Source: a virus (lineage: Duplodnaviria > Caudoviricetes). Taken from it: 25,665 nt of DNA. The notes under the pieces are model-generated. The model did not search any database. It saw only the letters and a program-made list of their open reading frames with translations, and was not told the origin of the DNA. Position numbers and translations under genes: made by a program. Positions 12,001 to 17,719 of this stretch are shown in pieces. Within the stretch, counting starts at the first letter, position 1. Every line of letters begins with the position of its first letter. The stretch is taken from positions 1 through 25,665 of the IMG/VR virus record IMGVR_UViG_3300007960_000159. One strand, written 5' to 3'.

Positions 12001-13044
12001 TACTTCGCCACTATCATAGGGATAGCCATCAAATAAATCACCCTGATTCCAATCGTCTTCATTTCTGCTGTCGTTAACAAGCACGAGATACTTGCCATCA
12101 ATTTCAGTTAGACCGTCAATGCCGGTTTCATAGGAATCTAAGAACGCAGATAAAGATTGGTTATGTATTTCTCCATAGGTTAATTCAGAAACTAGGTCCA
12201 CATCAAAGTCAACGGTCATTTCTGTAAATTGATTTTGATCATTGATTTTGGGAACACGCCAGATGATTGTGCCATCATCTTCACCGTTATTAATAACTCC
12301 AGCAATTTCTCTGGTGCTTAAATTTTGCTGTGACTGGCTGATCCCCGATAGTCCACGCTCTGTTTGTATCCAAAAAGGCACACCTGGCTGATTAATCTCA
12401 AATGTATATTCGCCGCCACGAGCAAGATATAGTGTAGGGTTAGGGGTTGCTGTTTCACTGTTAAACCTATACACAGGCTGTCCGGATTCTATAACATCAG
12501 AACGCTCATCATATAGACCCTCGTCGAATCCCACCGTATCAAATTCAATTTGATCGTAGGTAGTGCCTTCTCGGTATACTGTAAAGTTTTGTGTAGCATC
12601 AACTGCGCCAGCAAATACCTGTACACTGTCTGGACCACTGGGTAGCCAAAAGTATTCGCCATAGTTGATAAATTTGTCAAAATCAATGAAGCTGGCCCAG
12701 TTATAAAATTGTTGTTTATACAGTGGGTCTTGTTTTATGGAATTGCCGCGGTTATAATTTATGCTGTTTAGCGCATCCATTAATGAACTAACCGATTGAA
12801 CCGTGCCTGCGGCGTCTTGATAAACAATGCCGGGTTCAACCTGATAGTTTTCTCTAAAGGCTGATACTTCTCTAACATATTCACCAACGGTTTTTGAATC
12901 AATACCGCGTCTACCAATATAGCCATTTATTCTACGTGATGCTTTTTCGCTGATCAGCTGATCAACCGTGGCATTTAAAAATTTTTGGTTTTTCCTGGTG
13001 CGGAAAAGTTCAGGAAGTAATTCTACGCTTTTACGTAATGCCAT
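1..13044 (-). CDS. Giant virion/baseplate structural protein, at least 4348 aa, 3' end beyond window (gp7-position protein with FG-GAP propeller and repeated beta modules)
   Basis: ATG at 13044-13042 overlaps the stop of the upstream gp6-like gene (TAATG). Translates MALRKSVELLPELFRTRKNQKFLNATVDQLIS...IDFDKFINYGEYFWLPSGP. The same frame is open in every block I translated and at position 1 (...NNLWVTLDGVRLHSGEYSIDINGRI). Its absence from the ORF track fits having no in-frame stop in the window. Confidence 0.93.
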   Translation of the reverse strand, partial: MALRKSVELLPELFRTRKNQKFLNATVDQLISEKASRRINGYIGRRGIDSKTVGEYVREVSAFRENYQVEPGIVYQDAAGTVQSVSSLMDALNSINYNRGNSIKQDPLYKQQFYNWASFIDFDKFINYGEYFWLPSGPDSVQVFAGAVDATQNFTVYREGTTYDQIEFDTVGFDEGLYDERSDVIESGQPVYRFNSETATPNPTLYLARGGEYTFEINQPGVPFWIQTERGLSGISQSQQNLSTREIAGVINNGEDDGTIIWRVPKINDQNQFTEMTVDFDVDLVSELTYGEIHNQSLSAFLDSYETGIDGLTEIDGKYLVLVNDSRNEDDWNQGDLFDGYPYDSGEVEGSSGTFDPVTTLSLAERYGVFRIDIETVSGVETIKLIFIQNIAIGHKVKVKQGIEYGSREFYKDAEGYLRLVPPLTALQSEFFYQDAKDTDRFGKIVLVDVDGSGIIDINEEILNKITYTSPNGVVFSNGLKIEFDTSVVPASYKNKQYYVEGVGKGIVLVDVDDLITPETYTESELENFDTQPYDIGGYEQTLNSPTKQDYITINRSSVDSNGWSRSNRWFHRDIITATAEYNNYIISIDDSQRAKRPIIEFDAGLRLFNLGITSKHPVSIVDTEETDAFSNVNGSIGYFADGINITPGMTICFTKDPDIKKNIYRIDFIDQDSNTNTNPIINLVKIDEVSDLDTLVSKLGSTNQGKIFYYKEDDNSWHSGQDKTSINQAPLFDVFDPDHVSFSNTTKYPSTTFAGCKLFSYKRNNNANADTILEFGLSYKNIGNIGDILFTNNYVTDKFSYTKETAGNVSVIVRSGHVHKHRGSTRTLLNGWETVAFESRQYQQVRHVVDKELYVFEIGVAPAQDSNAVNLHVYVNGEYKTSADYAKINVNEKHYVSFYDALKAKDVVIIKVYSDDVNPLGFYEVPLNLENNSNNKDFEEVTLGQVRNHFISMTREHPLFSGKSLGSNNLRDLDYKKYPGKILQHSAGAAIPHFLLTRKENSFVESLRFGMEEYTRFKNRLIDNINNLDIDIRNPSDSLDTILQYMAGAKTSDFPFYYTDMLPWGSQKTTISITLDQTTDRRFEFNTQFDLTKISSRGVLVYLIESNKKTLLVEGFDYTFDTVEPAITLSNSINLEINDVIEISEYTDTNGSFVPPTPTKLGLYPKFYPAVALDDTYQTGTTESTGPFKIYGTSDSRYEQRAQGQTGWFYPLYTTSAAAAAADASGRSHAHRFAGSDRIFYMPTTGQYHATNNTDEYQEYPIYTPVILGHDGSRWVAYKDRRDEVILEFEKRVYNNIKTQYDPLTFDIAEVLPGYFRTDIEDLALTDQIIAPYVATWVYKNRLNFSNNTVTDPNNSFTWNYGQTITADRGSRVPGYWRGIYKWLYDTETPHLTPWEMLGLYQKPTWWDTRYGKAPYTRGNYVLWEDLSLGKIYNEAGRDAAYTIDPLRKRPTLLNYVPVNEQGQLLAPDQFLINGAFKTNTNFPWKIGDYAPVETAWRRSSEWPFAVQIIAAIKRTAKYLTLNWDKNLLAFNREFNQVLQKNKSYRPMLVDFKINGLAVSANSDTVNRIEGYNQFFENYYKYRNYDISDLQTQIQNLTTKLIYQVGGFTDLKNFKIAIDSTSPTSLQGGGVFIPDENINIFVNKSIPLERVFYSGVNIIKRAAGFEVRGFDTTYPFFKIIPSIKSDNKQTITVGDRSVVLFNDSHNYIASVPYGTIISSTQQLVDFLIAYQRYLTNRGLIFESKNSNGDLLDFNNAVKEFLLWTQQDWSIGSVFAVSPAGKELSVDRAFTTIDDFSKARNILNNSGQPIKPADINVIRIDNKTTIESNTDKGFIYSASIDPIQFEHVLVFDNVTVFNDVIYQPELGNRQSRFKFIGTKSSGWNGTLHAPGYFINENKFNIWIENTDYKKGTVVSFNNKVYAAKTNHTGKTVFDYNDWLLVENMQTGLIPNLANKANSFTEYYDLDNINLESATDLAAKGQIGFRKRNYLDNLGLDDISQVKFYQGMIRSKGTMDVINKLVNADLTNLDQEINVYEEWGFRVGEFGSIDSNQVIEMVLDEDRVRENPTVLQLLDNGDTANQDYYSFRQADLYKIPNNFQKNIILNRTSNVPMQDIIGAGHPRLDDVTLTLFDLDDIKTLNNQITTIGRGTTIWTAKNNFDWDIYRVTEINTEIISVKQSSAGTITCTTNFNHGLVKNDIVIIKTNNDLVRGFHKVNNVKLPNTFEILLDADEEIDDSVDLRLPIYKLVSSRFTNMSDIAGFVPPYGWSVGELAWVDYDENSKWAAYRKQSPWKYNSVNISIETGGNAANGTSLAVADDALLMVSGAPEEDTGRVYPYVWNVDNNRYDVGITLVGDTISSEVDAYGKSTIIGQNWLAVGAPSSDSSKGYVFVYKRNISGVNVIKQIIRLQSPVGNDQFGHSLAISKDDRHLFIGTPTVNKVYMYTLVEVSSEYETSETIVGDGSTVNFNLTFTPSSIYSIYLEDGNGKSYVAFKDYTLSSNTVTFTTAPAASLSIVIRKQSHYVPVTTITGSDVMSGDQFGFSIDVDSKGETLIVGSPSADVADEDSTVIVDAGEAYLFHHIVERFTGNGSTYEFTTSNTLPDHFYIEVDGAVQSLATGEFGGFDSDSSANRYTVSGNTISFRYIPATNSDIRVYTGNFAEIQKIDQNFAGQSPTDSELFGYSVGIDAYGAIVAIGSPGEDELNPNSGSAFIFVDEGLRFGQVTTQSTDSSTFSVRFDSIFINDYEVVVSKNTTNDPTKLSDDINSSEIIQVSSQVSGNNLKITSTSAVPNKRLKVRPGTGSTFKDFAEVKPFKFTQKLNHPLGADNENFGRTIAFDKHIPINNPAEQRLIVASDRASAALDTGFDIDTDTLSRTYNEFTTTFDANSTRFVDKVRQSGAVYLYDLLDSTETIDTPMSITNPPKYAFGQQLQSTKINQLDQFGASAAIHRGKLFVGSPADDEWVSNAGSFYYFTNSDNEYTWEKYRVEEDKVDISAINRIVTYNNRNKEIISFVDTVDIFKNKLPGLAQQELDYITPLDPATYNVSSNKDSVTDSETSGWNDEKLGRVWWDLSTCRVLEYEQGDDNYRVQNWNRFFPGSSIDIYEWTESTVLPSQHVDSGLPGTPRYPDDSNYVVNLQYNSVTNTTQTRYYYWVTGLTTFPNDERRQLSTESVRQLIENPIATGTKFVNVINSHTFVLNNLIDDLSGTDTVLSINYDVVKNEGILHSEFDLISENDPTQELPSKIKNKIIDSLAGANSIGNIVPDPTLGEGERYGVSIRPRQTMFKNRQLAVKTFVDYCNAIFTTVPIARQFNLSRLFASEPAPLTTSGEWNRSVPDLTTRDYINLRTISAGYRVLVESDSSVGGDWTIYELEVDSSDNRTWSLYRVQAYNTGRYWNYINWYADGYSNTTVPRFTVDTEPDLLSLTAVTGDVARVRTNDDGNFSLFVYTNIGTWREVAIENGSIEIRSSIYDFANTTYSSFIGFDSVVFDFERFDRVPHNEMRIIANAIFDEIFTGNLALNKNKLFFRLIEYSLHELDSGVSDWAIKTGFIRVLHKLRNLDQYPNYQLDNSTFIEDYINEVKPYHTYIREYSLRYKGNDEYLGDVTDFDTHSFYDSVEGYFRKPSGDFAGDEIIRTQGLNNPWSENYTYYLDSVEIYNGGSGFLENPVITVSEPNITGGQRAEVTAITNGTKIISVSVVKKGSGYTQTPIITYSGSGTGLVLLPRIANDAVREFDTTIKFDRITYSSSIQDWQPNTSYSYNTLIAYYNTNTGIQDVYRVDLSGGFTSDSTFSLEDASGATALVTYNDEDFANAADRIAAYYYPTQGMIGDDLKLLQKGTDYFANKVSGIGFDREPGYDQGNFDTLGFDDFEIDTNGLTVLAGASALDSVIKSTFSDLALGTRPEDINVAGGEFVDVYNSHSPEEFVPGIVFDTLDIEVYTDPSDDFAGDGNSFKTVSRVYIADGTTNSFSYANTTRRELVDYIVAYHGSTRKYDFTVNYQTRTVRFASTPAAGTLIYLYGYGVTGEKITHEELIIGDGSSVSFTLGIDYTRYTQSLVLRDGVPVDHTITNANNRVNITTTTTNPNGSVIHAYISNRATDKPAFTRGETMEISLTAGTYEYELDYNFRTFTKSFESNVIVELNGVRLKPSNAKYYTLDGSTLAYRTPTTAGEDTTNVSVGDIQVSVIRAATNTIENLNIVQDYTVSIETDIDSTLYYQVNLLDAYSAGDSLIIGVRNANEYFINNDLITLDSGLSFSTGNTLYITQFYNHDPIRVHTKVFIGEGSETTSTIIGYDENGFDSGNFDGVTLSGTALNKYTMDRIPTNANNLWVTLDGVRLHSGEYSIDINGRI
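4135..6130 (-). repeat. Seven FG-GAP (integrin-alpha-type beta-propeller) repeats within the giant protein
   Basis: NGTSLAV..MVSGAPE..GRVYPY; YGKSTII..LAVGAPS..GYVFVY; QFGHSLAI..LFIGTPT..KVYMY; QFGFSIDV..LIVGSPS..GEAYLF; LFGYSVGI..VAIGSPG..GSAFIF; NFGRTIAF..LIVAS..GAVYLY; QFGASAAI..LFVGSPA..GSFYYF. Confidence 0.85.
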
Positions 13045-16000
13045 TAGTAATTATAACCTCCTGCTGATGTTAGTCTTAGTGTTGATCCATTACTAGCGTT
13101 GGTTGCTGTAGTAACTGTTGTACTTGTGCTATTACTACTTACACTTTCTATTAAACCAATGCCTGTGGTTGAATTAACAACATTACCGCTTGCTTGAAGT
13201 TGTGCGCTGGTAATAACATCAATTACTTCAATGTCGTTTACTGTAGTGGCACTGATAAAAATTTCATCTCTGCTGCTGGTTATCTGATATAAACTACCAA
13301 AGCTGCTAGAACTAATTTTAGGAACTATAATAATACTTAAAATGTCTGGCGACAATACTTGATGTAGATATGCGGCTAGTTCACTAAAATAGAATGTATC
13401 GCCAAAATCCCAGTTGGCCACAGAAAAATATTCATTGATTGCTTCAACAACTCTTGTTTTAATTTCATTGTCGCTGACTAAAGTAGCATTATTTTTAACT
13501 ACTTTGAATGTAGCTTGTAATTCAGGATCTGCCTTATCGCCAAACAGTGGCCTGTAACTAACGCTGTTAAACACAATAGCATCACTTACGCTCTTACTTT
13601 TTTCTAAACTACCAAACGCATCACGCAATTCGTTGGTGCTTGGCTTAACAGGCTTAATGACAGTACCTGTGATATCAGTGATCCAGTTTCTGTAATCTGT
13701 GTCGTAGACCCTTGTTAACAAGTACAAATCAATAATGTTACTTGGGCTTGGATCAATTCTTCTTGTGTTTGGAGCATTGTGCGTATACTGGAAGAAAAGA
13801 TTTGAACGGCCAACCTTTGTTAGATAATTTAGACTTTGTGTAAGTATTTTTTGATTGATACTATTAATACTTAGAGTATAAAAATTTCCCGTTGAACTGG
13901 CATAAAAAACCTGTCCACTACTATAGGTATCTTTGACCGCAGTAATATCTGCTAGTGTTGTGTAGCTTGATTCAACATCTGCGTTAGAGACTGGCTCATA
14001 TCTTGTATATCCACTGTTGTCAAGATAGGTTTTGTAGAATACTACCTTAGCAGCAGTGTTAACACTGGGGTTAACTATAATATCAAAGATATCTGGGTCA
14101 TCAATAACTCCGTCGCTGTCTTGGTCAGGGAAAGTAACTTTAATACGTTCAGTGAGAACGAATCCATCTGCTTCAATAACTGTATCGTCTATATTCATAA
14201 TATAGTTTTGGCGAAGACTTTGATTACTGTCCGGTAGACTGTTGGTTTTTAGCATAACAACTTTATCTTTAATAGTTTTCCCTAGTCTAGGATCAAATAT
14301 TTTTAGATCTTTATCAAAATAAAATCTTGTTTCTAGATAACTTTCAAAGATATATTCAAGTTGACGATATTTTACAGTATAGGTTTCGCCGTCGTTAGTA
14401 AACAAAAATAACCAACTATTGTCTAAGTTCCTAGCACTGGTGTCACCAGCATATTGTAAATTAAAGGTAGTAGCTTGATTTAAGTTTGGGCTTGCAATCA
14501 CGGTCCATGCCTGTGAATCTATATCATATCTAATGCCAAATGTTTTATAGTTCCGAATATTGTCAATAATTGCTTGTCTTGTTGCGATGGCAAAGCTATC
14601 ATTCCATGGAATAATAATTTCAGAAACTCGAGCTGTATTAGCTACTTTTTCTGTGAGGGTGATGGGGCCAATACCACTATCTAAATTTCCGCTGCCTTGA
14701 TTAGTGCCATCGTCAACCACGTTACTAACACTAGCCCACAAATAGTCTCTGGTATTAAGACTGCCATTAGAATTTGATATTAAATTTCCGTTAATGTCAA
14801 ATACATATCCACTGGGTGGTGTAAATTTTATTAAACTACCTTCTTTAACATATTTAAAATTACCACTTACATAATTGCCTACTTGTTGAGGATTATTGCT
14901 TGGAGTTTTAAAGTATCCAGTACATACACCTGTGCCAACAGTGGTTTGATTCCAGGTAAATGCGCCGGTACTTACATCAAATCTGCTATAATTGTCTAGG
15001 AAATAATGGTAAATTGCCTTAGCACCCATTATTCTTTCTATTCTTGTGCTCAGTACGTTACTGATATCACTTTCTGTTATAAATGTAAATGTAAAGTTTG
15101 GCAGAGAAGATTCTCTATAAAAGATCCCATCCTCGGCAAATATATTAGTGCTACTATACTTTCCGGTGGTGTCGCGAACATCTAAGTATCTACTTATACC
15201 ACTGACCGTACGATTAACTGCCTTGCTTTTAATAATGTTATTAAAATTAGTAAATGGAAAGATCTGATAATCTTCGCCGGTGACCATGCGATCTTGCGTA
15301 TAGTATTGTTGCTGTGCTCTTGCTTTAATGTCTAATAAATTTTCTTTGGCAATAGCATTGCTAACAGTCTGTTTGAGACTCATGTTTATTGTCAGTGATT
15401 CCACTTGATTTACATGGCTAAGATAAGGAATTGTTACACTAATGTTAGTAAAATCTGCAGGCGTAATTTTATAAGTAAATCCATTACCTGTTCTAAAATA
15501 AGCGCGGAAGCGACCATTGGGTATTGTGCTAAACACACCATCACCAAATACTAAACTAATTCTGTCATTGCTTCTACTCTGTACCGTGTAAAGAGTTTTT
15601 ACATTTTGGCTGAGGCTGTTAAAAATAACGTTGTTTCCGGTTACAGCAGGAACTTTAGTCCACAGTGTTTTTTCTCTACCATCGCTGTCAAGTTCATACA
15701 ACCATACGTCATTGTTTTCAACGTTTGCCACGTCAATTTCAACAACACGATTAGGCAAGGATTCATCAACCTCAAAATCCACGGTTTGTAAACTTCCCTG
15801 TTTAAAGTAAAAGAAAAATCCAGTATTAACGCTGTTAAATCCTCGAGCATCGTTCCTGTATATAAGATTCATGGTACTACCTGGCTGTGGCGGTACTTCA
15901 TACAAATAATCTGTTCCACTGTAGGTTCCATTAACCAGTTCAAATCCAAATTCCTGTGTGCTAACTGGAGCAGTAAACCCATAAACCGGCACAGTATTTG

Positions 16001-16577
16001 GAATCAAACTAAGATTGTATTCGTTGATTTGTATTCCGCCCACCGTGGTTTTTAGTGCCGGATTACCAAATCTCTGTGTTTTTACAAGGCTGGCATTTAT
16101 AACAGTGGTAAACTGTTCTAGGAAGTCTGGATTAGTTTCGTCGCCCCAGAATATTTCAGCGTTTTGTAGGTTATTTCCGTTACTGTCATATACAGGTTCT
16201 GTGGTAATAACACTGTCAATTTTTAAAAGTCCGCGAGCAATTTGATTACGCTTTGGATAGTAGTTAAGCATCCTGGCTAAACGTAGAATGCTGTCTCTAC
16301 GTTCAGCGGTTTCTAAAAAGTTTTCCCTGGCAGCTAAATCAGCGCGGAAACTTAAACTTTGAGCAACATAAGCAATGATATCAATCAGCGCAATATATTC
16401 ACTGCTTTCAATAAAATCATTGAAATCTTCAGGATAATAATTCTTTAAATAATCAACAATCGCTTTACGAATTGTTTGAAAATCGTAGCTTGTAAATTTT
16501 ATTTCTTTGAATGCTTCATAGATTTTATCCCAATCTTGAACCGCAAACAAATTACTTGATCTAGTTACGTGTGCCAT
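13044..16577 (-). CDS. gp6: Baseplate wedge subunit, T4 gp6-like (1177 aa)
   Basis: N-terminal DFQTIRKAIVDYL..DFNDF..ENFLETAERRDSILRLARMLNYYP and central E-x(4)-IK-x-RA...QDRMVTGEDY motifs of the gp6/baseplate-J family; directly follows gp25; RBS GTAGGA at 16590-16585. Confidence 0.88.
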   Translation of the reverse strand: MAHVTRSSNLFAVQDWDKIYEAFKEIKFTSYDFQTIRKAIVDYLKNYYPEDFNDFIESSEYIALIDIIAYVAQSLSFRADLAARENFLETAERRDSILRLARMLNYYPKRNQIARGLLKIDSVITTEPVYDSNGNNLQNAEIFWGDETNPDFLEQFTTVINASLVKTQRFGNPALKTTVGGIQINEYNLSLIPNTVPVYGFTAPVSTQEFGFELVNGTYSGTDYLYEVPPQPGSTMNLIYRNDARGFNSVNTGFFFYFKQGSLQTVDFEVDESLPNRVVEIDVANVENNDVWLYELDSDGREKTLWTKVPAVTGNNVIFNSLSQNVKTLYTVQSRSNDRISLVFGDGVFSTIPNGRFRAYFRTGNGFTYKITPADFTNISVTIPYLSHVNQVESLTINMSLKQTVSNAIAKENLLDIKARAQQQYYTQDRMVTGEDYQIFPFTNFNNIIKSKAVNRTVSGISRYLDVRDTTGKYSSTNIFAEDGIFYRESSLPNFTFTFITESDISNVLSTRIERIMGAKAIYHYFLDNYSRFDVSTGAFTWNQTTVGTGVCTGYFKTPSNNPQQVGNYVSGNFKYVKEGSLIKFTPPSGYVFDINGNLISNSNGSLNTRDYLWASVSNVVDDGTNQGSGNLDSGIGPITLTEKVANTARVSEIIIPWNDSFAIATRQAIIDNIRNYKTFGIRYDIDSQAWTVIASPNLNQATTFNLQYAGDTSARNLDNSWLFLFTNDGETYTVKYRQLEYIFESYLETRFYFDKDLKIFDPRLGKTIKDKVVMLKTNSLPDSNQSLRQNYIMNIDDTVIEADGFVLTERIKVTFPDQDSDGVIDDPDIFDIIVNPSVNTAAKVVFYKTYLDNSGYTRYEPVSNADVESSYTTLADITAVKDTYSSGQVFYASSTGNFYTLSINSINQKILTQSLNYLTKVGRSNLFFQYTHNAPNTRRIDPSPSNIIDLYLLTRVYDTDYRNWITDITGTVIKPVKPSTNELRDAFGSLEKSKSVSDAIVFNSVSYRPLFGDKADPELQATFKVVKNNATLVSDNEIKTRVVEAINEYFSVANWDFGDTFYFSELAAYLHQVLSPDILSIIIVPKISSSSFGSLYQITSSRDEIFISATTVNDIEVIDVITSAQLQASGNVVNSTTGIGLIESVSSNSTSTTVTTATNASNGSTLRLTSAGGYNY

Positions 16578-16596
16578 ATTCTAATCCTACTTTTAT

Positions 16597-16629
16597 TATT
16601 TATTTTACAAATAATCTACTAATATAATA
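16597..16629 (-). promoter_or_regulatory. Putative late promoter (AATAAATA core plus conserved upstream element) for gp6 and the giant gene
   Basis: Minus strand TATTATATTAGTAGATTATTTGTAAAATAAATA, ending 19 nt upstream of the gp6 ATG; core resembles the T4 late promoter TATAAATA; 24/33 ungapped match to 23858-23890. Confidence 0.65.
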
Positions 16630-16632
16630 GAA

Positions 16633-17004
16633 TTAGCTTATGGTTCCGTCCTGGTTATTAAAGTTGAACAACAGTGTTTCACTCTGGTTATTTTGTACAT
16701 AAGTCAAGTTTACTTCTGCTTGTATACCGTTGGAATACTCTGATACAATTAATCCTGCAAGCAATACCCGAGGATCGCTTTTAATAATCCTGGTTATTTC
16801 TTCTACCAGTAGATTTTTAATTTCAACAGTTAGTGGTTCCATTATGAGATCTTGTACGCTACTTCCAAAACCAGGATTTGACAATTTTTCCCCTTGTCTT
16901 ATTCTAAAATGATTTAATATATCTCTTTTAATAAGACTGGTATTTGTTAATTTAGTTGGAGCAAACGTTCCTTCTAGCGTTGAAAATCCTCGATACATTG
17001 CCAT
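16633..17004 (-). CDS. gp25: Baseplate wedge/sheath initiator, gp25-like (123 aa)
   Basis: IKRDILNHFRIRQGEKLSNPGFGSSVQDLIMEPL...DPRV matches the gp25/GPW pattern (GER-x2-P-x-FG...EPL...EPR); size and position fit. Confidence 0.9.
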   Translation of the reverse strand: MAMYRGFSTLEGTFAPTKLTNTSLIKRDILNHFRIRQGEKLSNPGFGSSVQDLIMEPLTVEIKNLLVEEITRIIKSDPRVLLAGLIVSEYSNGIQAEVNLTYVQNNQSETLLFNFNNQDGTIS

Positions 17005-17006
17005 TC

Positions 17007-17016
17007 TGTTATCCTA
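17007..17016 (-). promoter_or_regulatory. Ribosome-binding 10-mer TAGGATAACA before gp25
   Basis: Exact copies at 17708-17717 and 19344-19353. Confidence 0.7.
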
Positions 17017-17706
17017 CCAATTACTTTTTGCTGCTTCAGCGGTTAATAATTTATAGAACTTGTTAGAATATCCAAGTCCATCCTTTGTATTAACCTGCTT
17101 AACCGCAGCATCACCTAAATAAAACCACGTGATAAGTTCTTTTCTTGTATTTACTGCGTCAACTATCATTGTTGTTTGGGGATTCAGCGCCGTAATAATT
17201 TTACCTTCTCTAAATTCAACTGCCTGTTTAACGTTTCCCCCAAGAGCTTTGCCTACCATGACCATGCCAGCTACGACACTTGGAGAATCAGATGACTGAA
17301 TAGCATTAGCGAGTTGAAGATCTTCGTACAAACTAAAAATTTCTGTTAATAAAATCTTGTCTTGGATAGCTTCAGCAAAGTAAAAATCGTCTAAATCCCT
17401 GATGCCGTCTTTGCCCCGCCAGCGACGTTGATTTTCAAGTTCTCCGTTGAAATAAGTTTCTGGATAAACATACCGCTGGCTTCTTAGTGTGTTTACGGTA
17501 AATCCATATTTGCCAATAACTTTAGTTGTGGGATCAATAAATCTGTAGGGATTGGTTAAAACGCTGGTTCCTAGCTTCTCGCTGATACCAGCGGCCAGAA
17601 TTCTTATCATATCTTCAGTTAGTTGACCAATTGACAGTGTGTTCACTGACTGTTTCAAAACGCTGCCTGCGCTGATCTTGGTATTATTTGAAAAACTACT
17701 TGCCAT
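17014..17706 (-). CDS. Lysozyme-like-fold virion protein, probably inactive paralogue of the N-terminal domain of 19346..22645 (230 aa)
   Basis: Colinear motif matches to that domain (GKYGF/GAYQM, AIQD/ELQD, SPSVVAG/DPGTAAG, WFYLGDAAVK/YFETGKNAVK); RBS AGGA at 17716-17713. Confidence 0.6.
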   Translation of the reverse strand: MASSFSNNTKISAGSVLKQSVNTLSIGQLTEDMIRILAAGISEKLGTSVLTNPYRFIDPTTKVIGKYGFTVNTLRSQRYVYPETYFNGELENQRRWRGKDGIRDLDDFYFAEAIQDKILLTEIFSLYEDLQLANAIQSSDSPSVVAGMVMVGKALGGNVKQAVEFREGKIITALNPQTTMIVDAVNTRKELITWFYLGDAAVKQVNTKDGLGYSNKFYKLLTAEAAKSNW

Positions 17707-17707
17707 T

Positions 17708-17717
17708 TGTTATCCTA
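17708..17717 (-). promoter_or_regulatory. Ribosome-binding 10-mer TAGGATAACA before the 230-aa gene
   Basis: Exact copies at 17007-17016 and 19344-19353. Confidence 0.7.
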
Positions 17718-17719
17718 TT

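Noticed and set aside
11-12686. Many 60-100 aa ORFs in the track over the left half
   Set aside because: All overlap the giant minus-strand ORF, antisense or out of frame, and have no recognisable motifs; treated as shadow ORFs
1-13044. Stop-codon reassignment or a decayed region explaining the apparent 13-kb gene desert
   Set aside because: A single frame reads through under the standard code; the track omits it only because it is unterminated
16604-16628. Plus-strand sigma70-like TTTACA...TATAAT antisense promoter
   Set aside because: Spacer is only 13 nt; TATAAT is better explained as the reverse of the late-promoter upstream element
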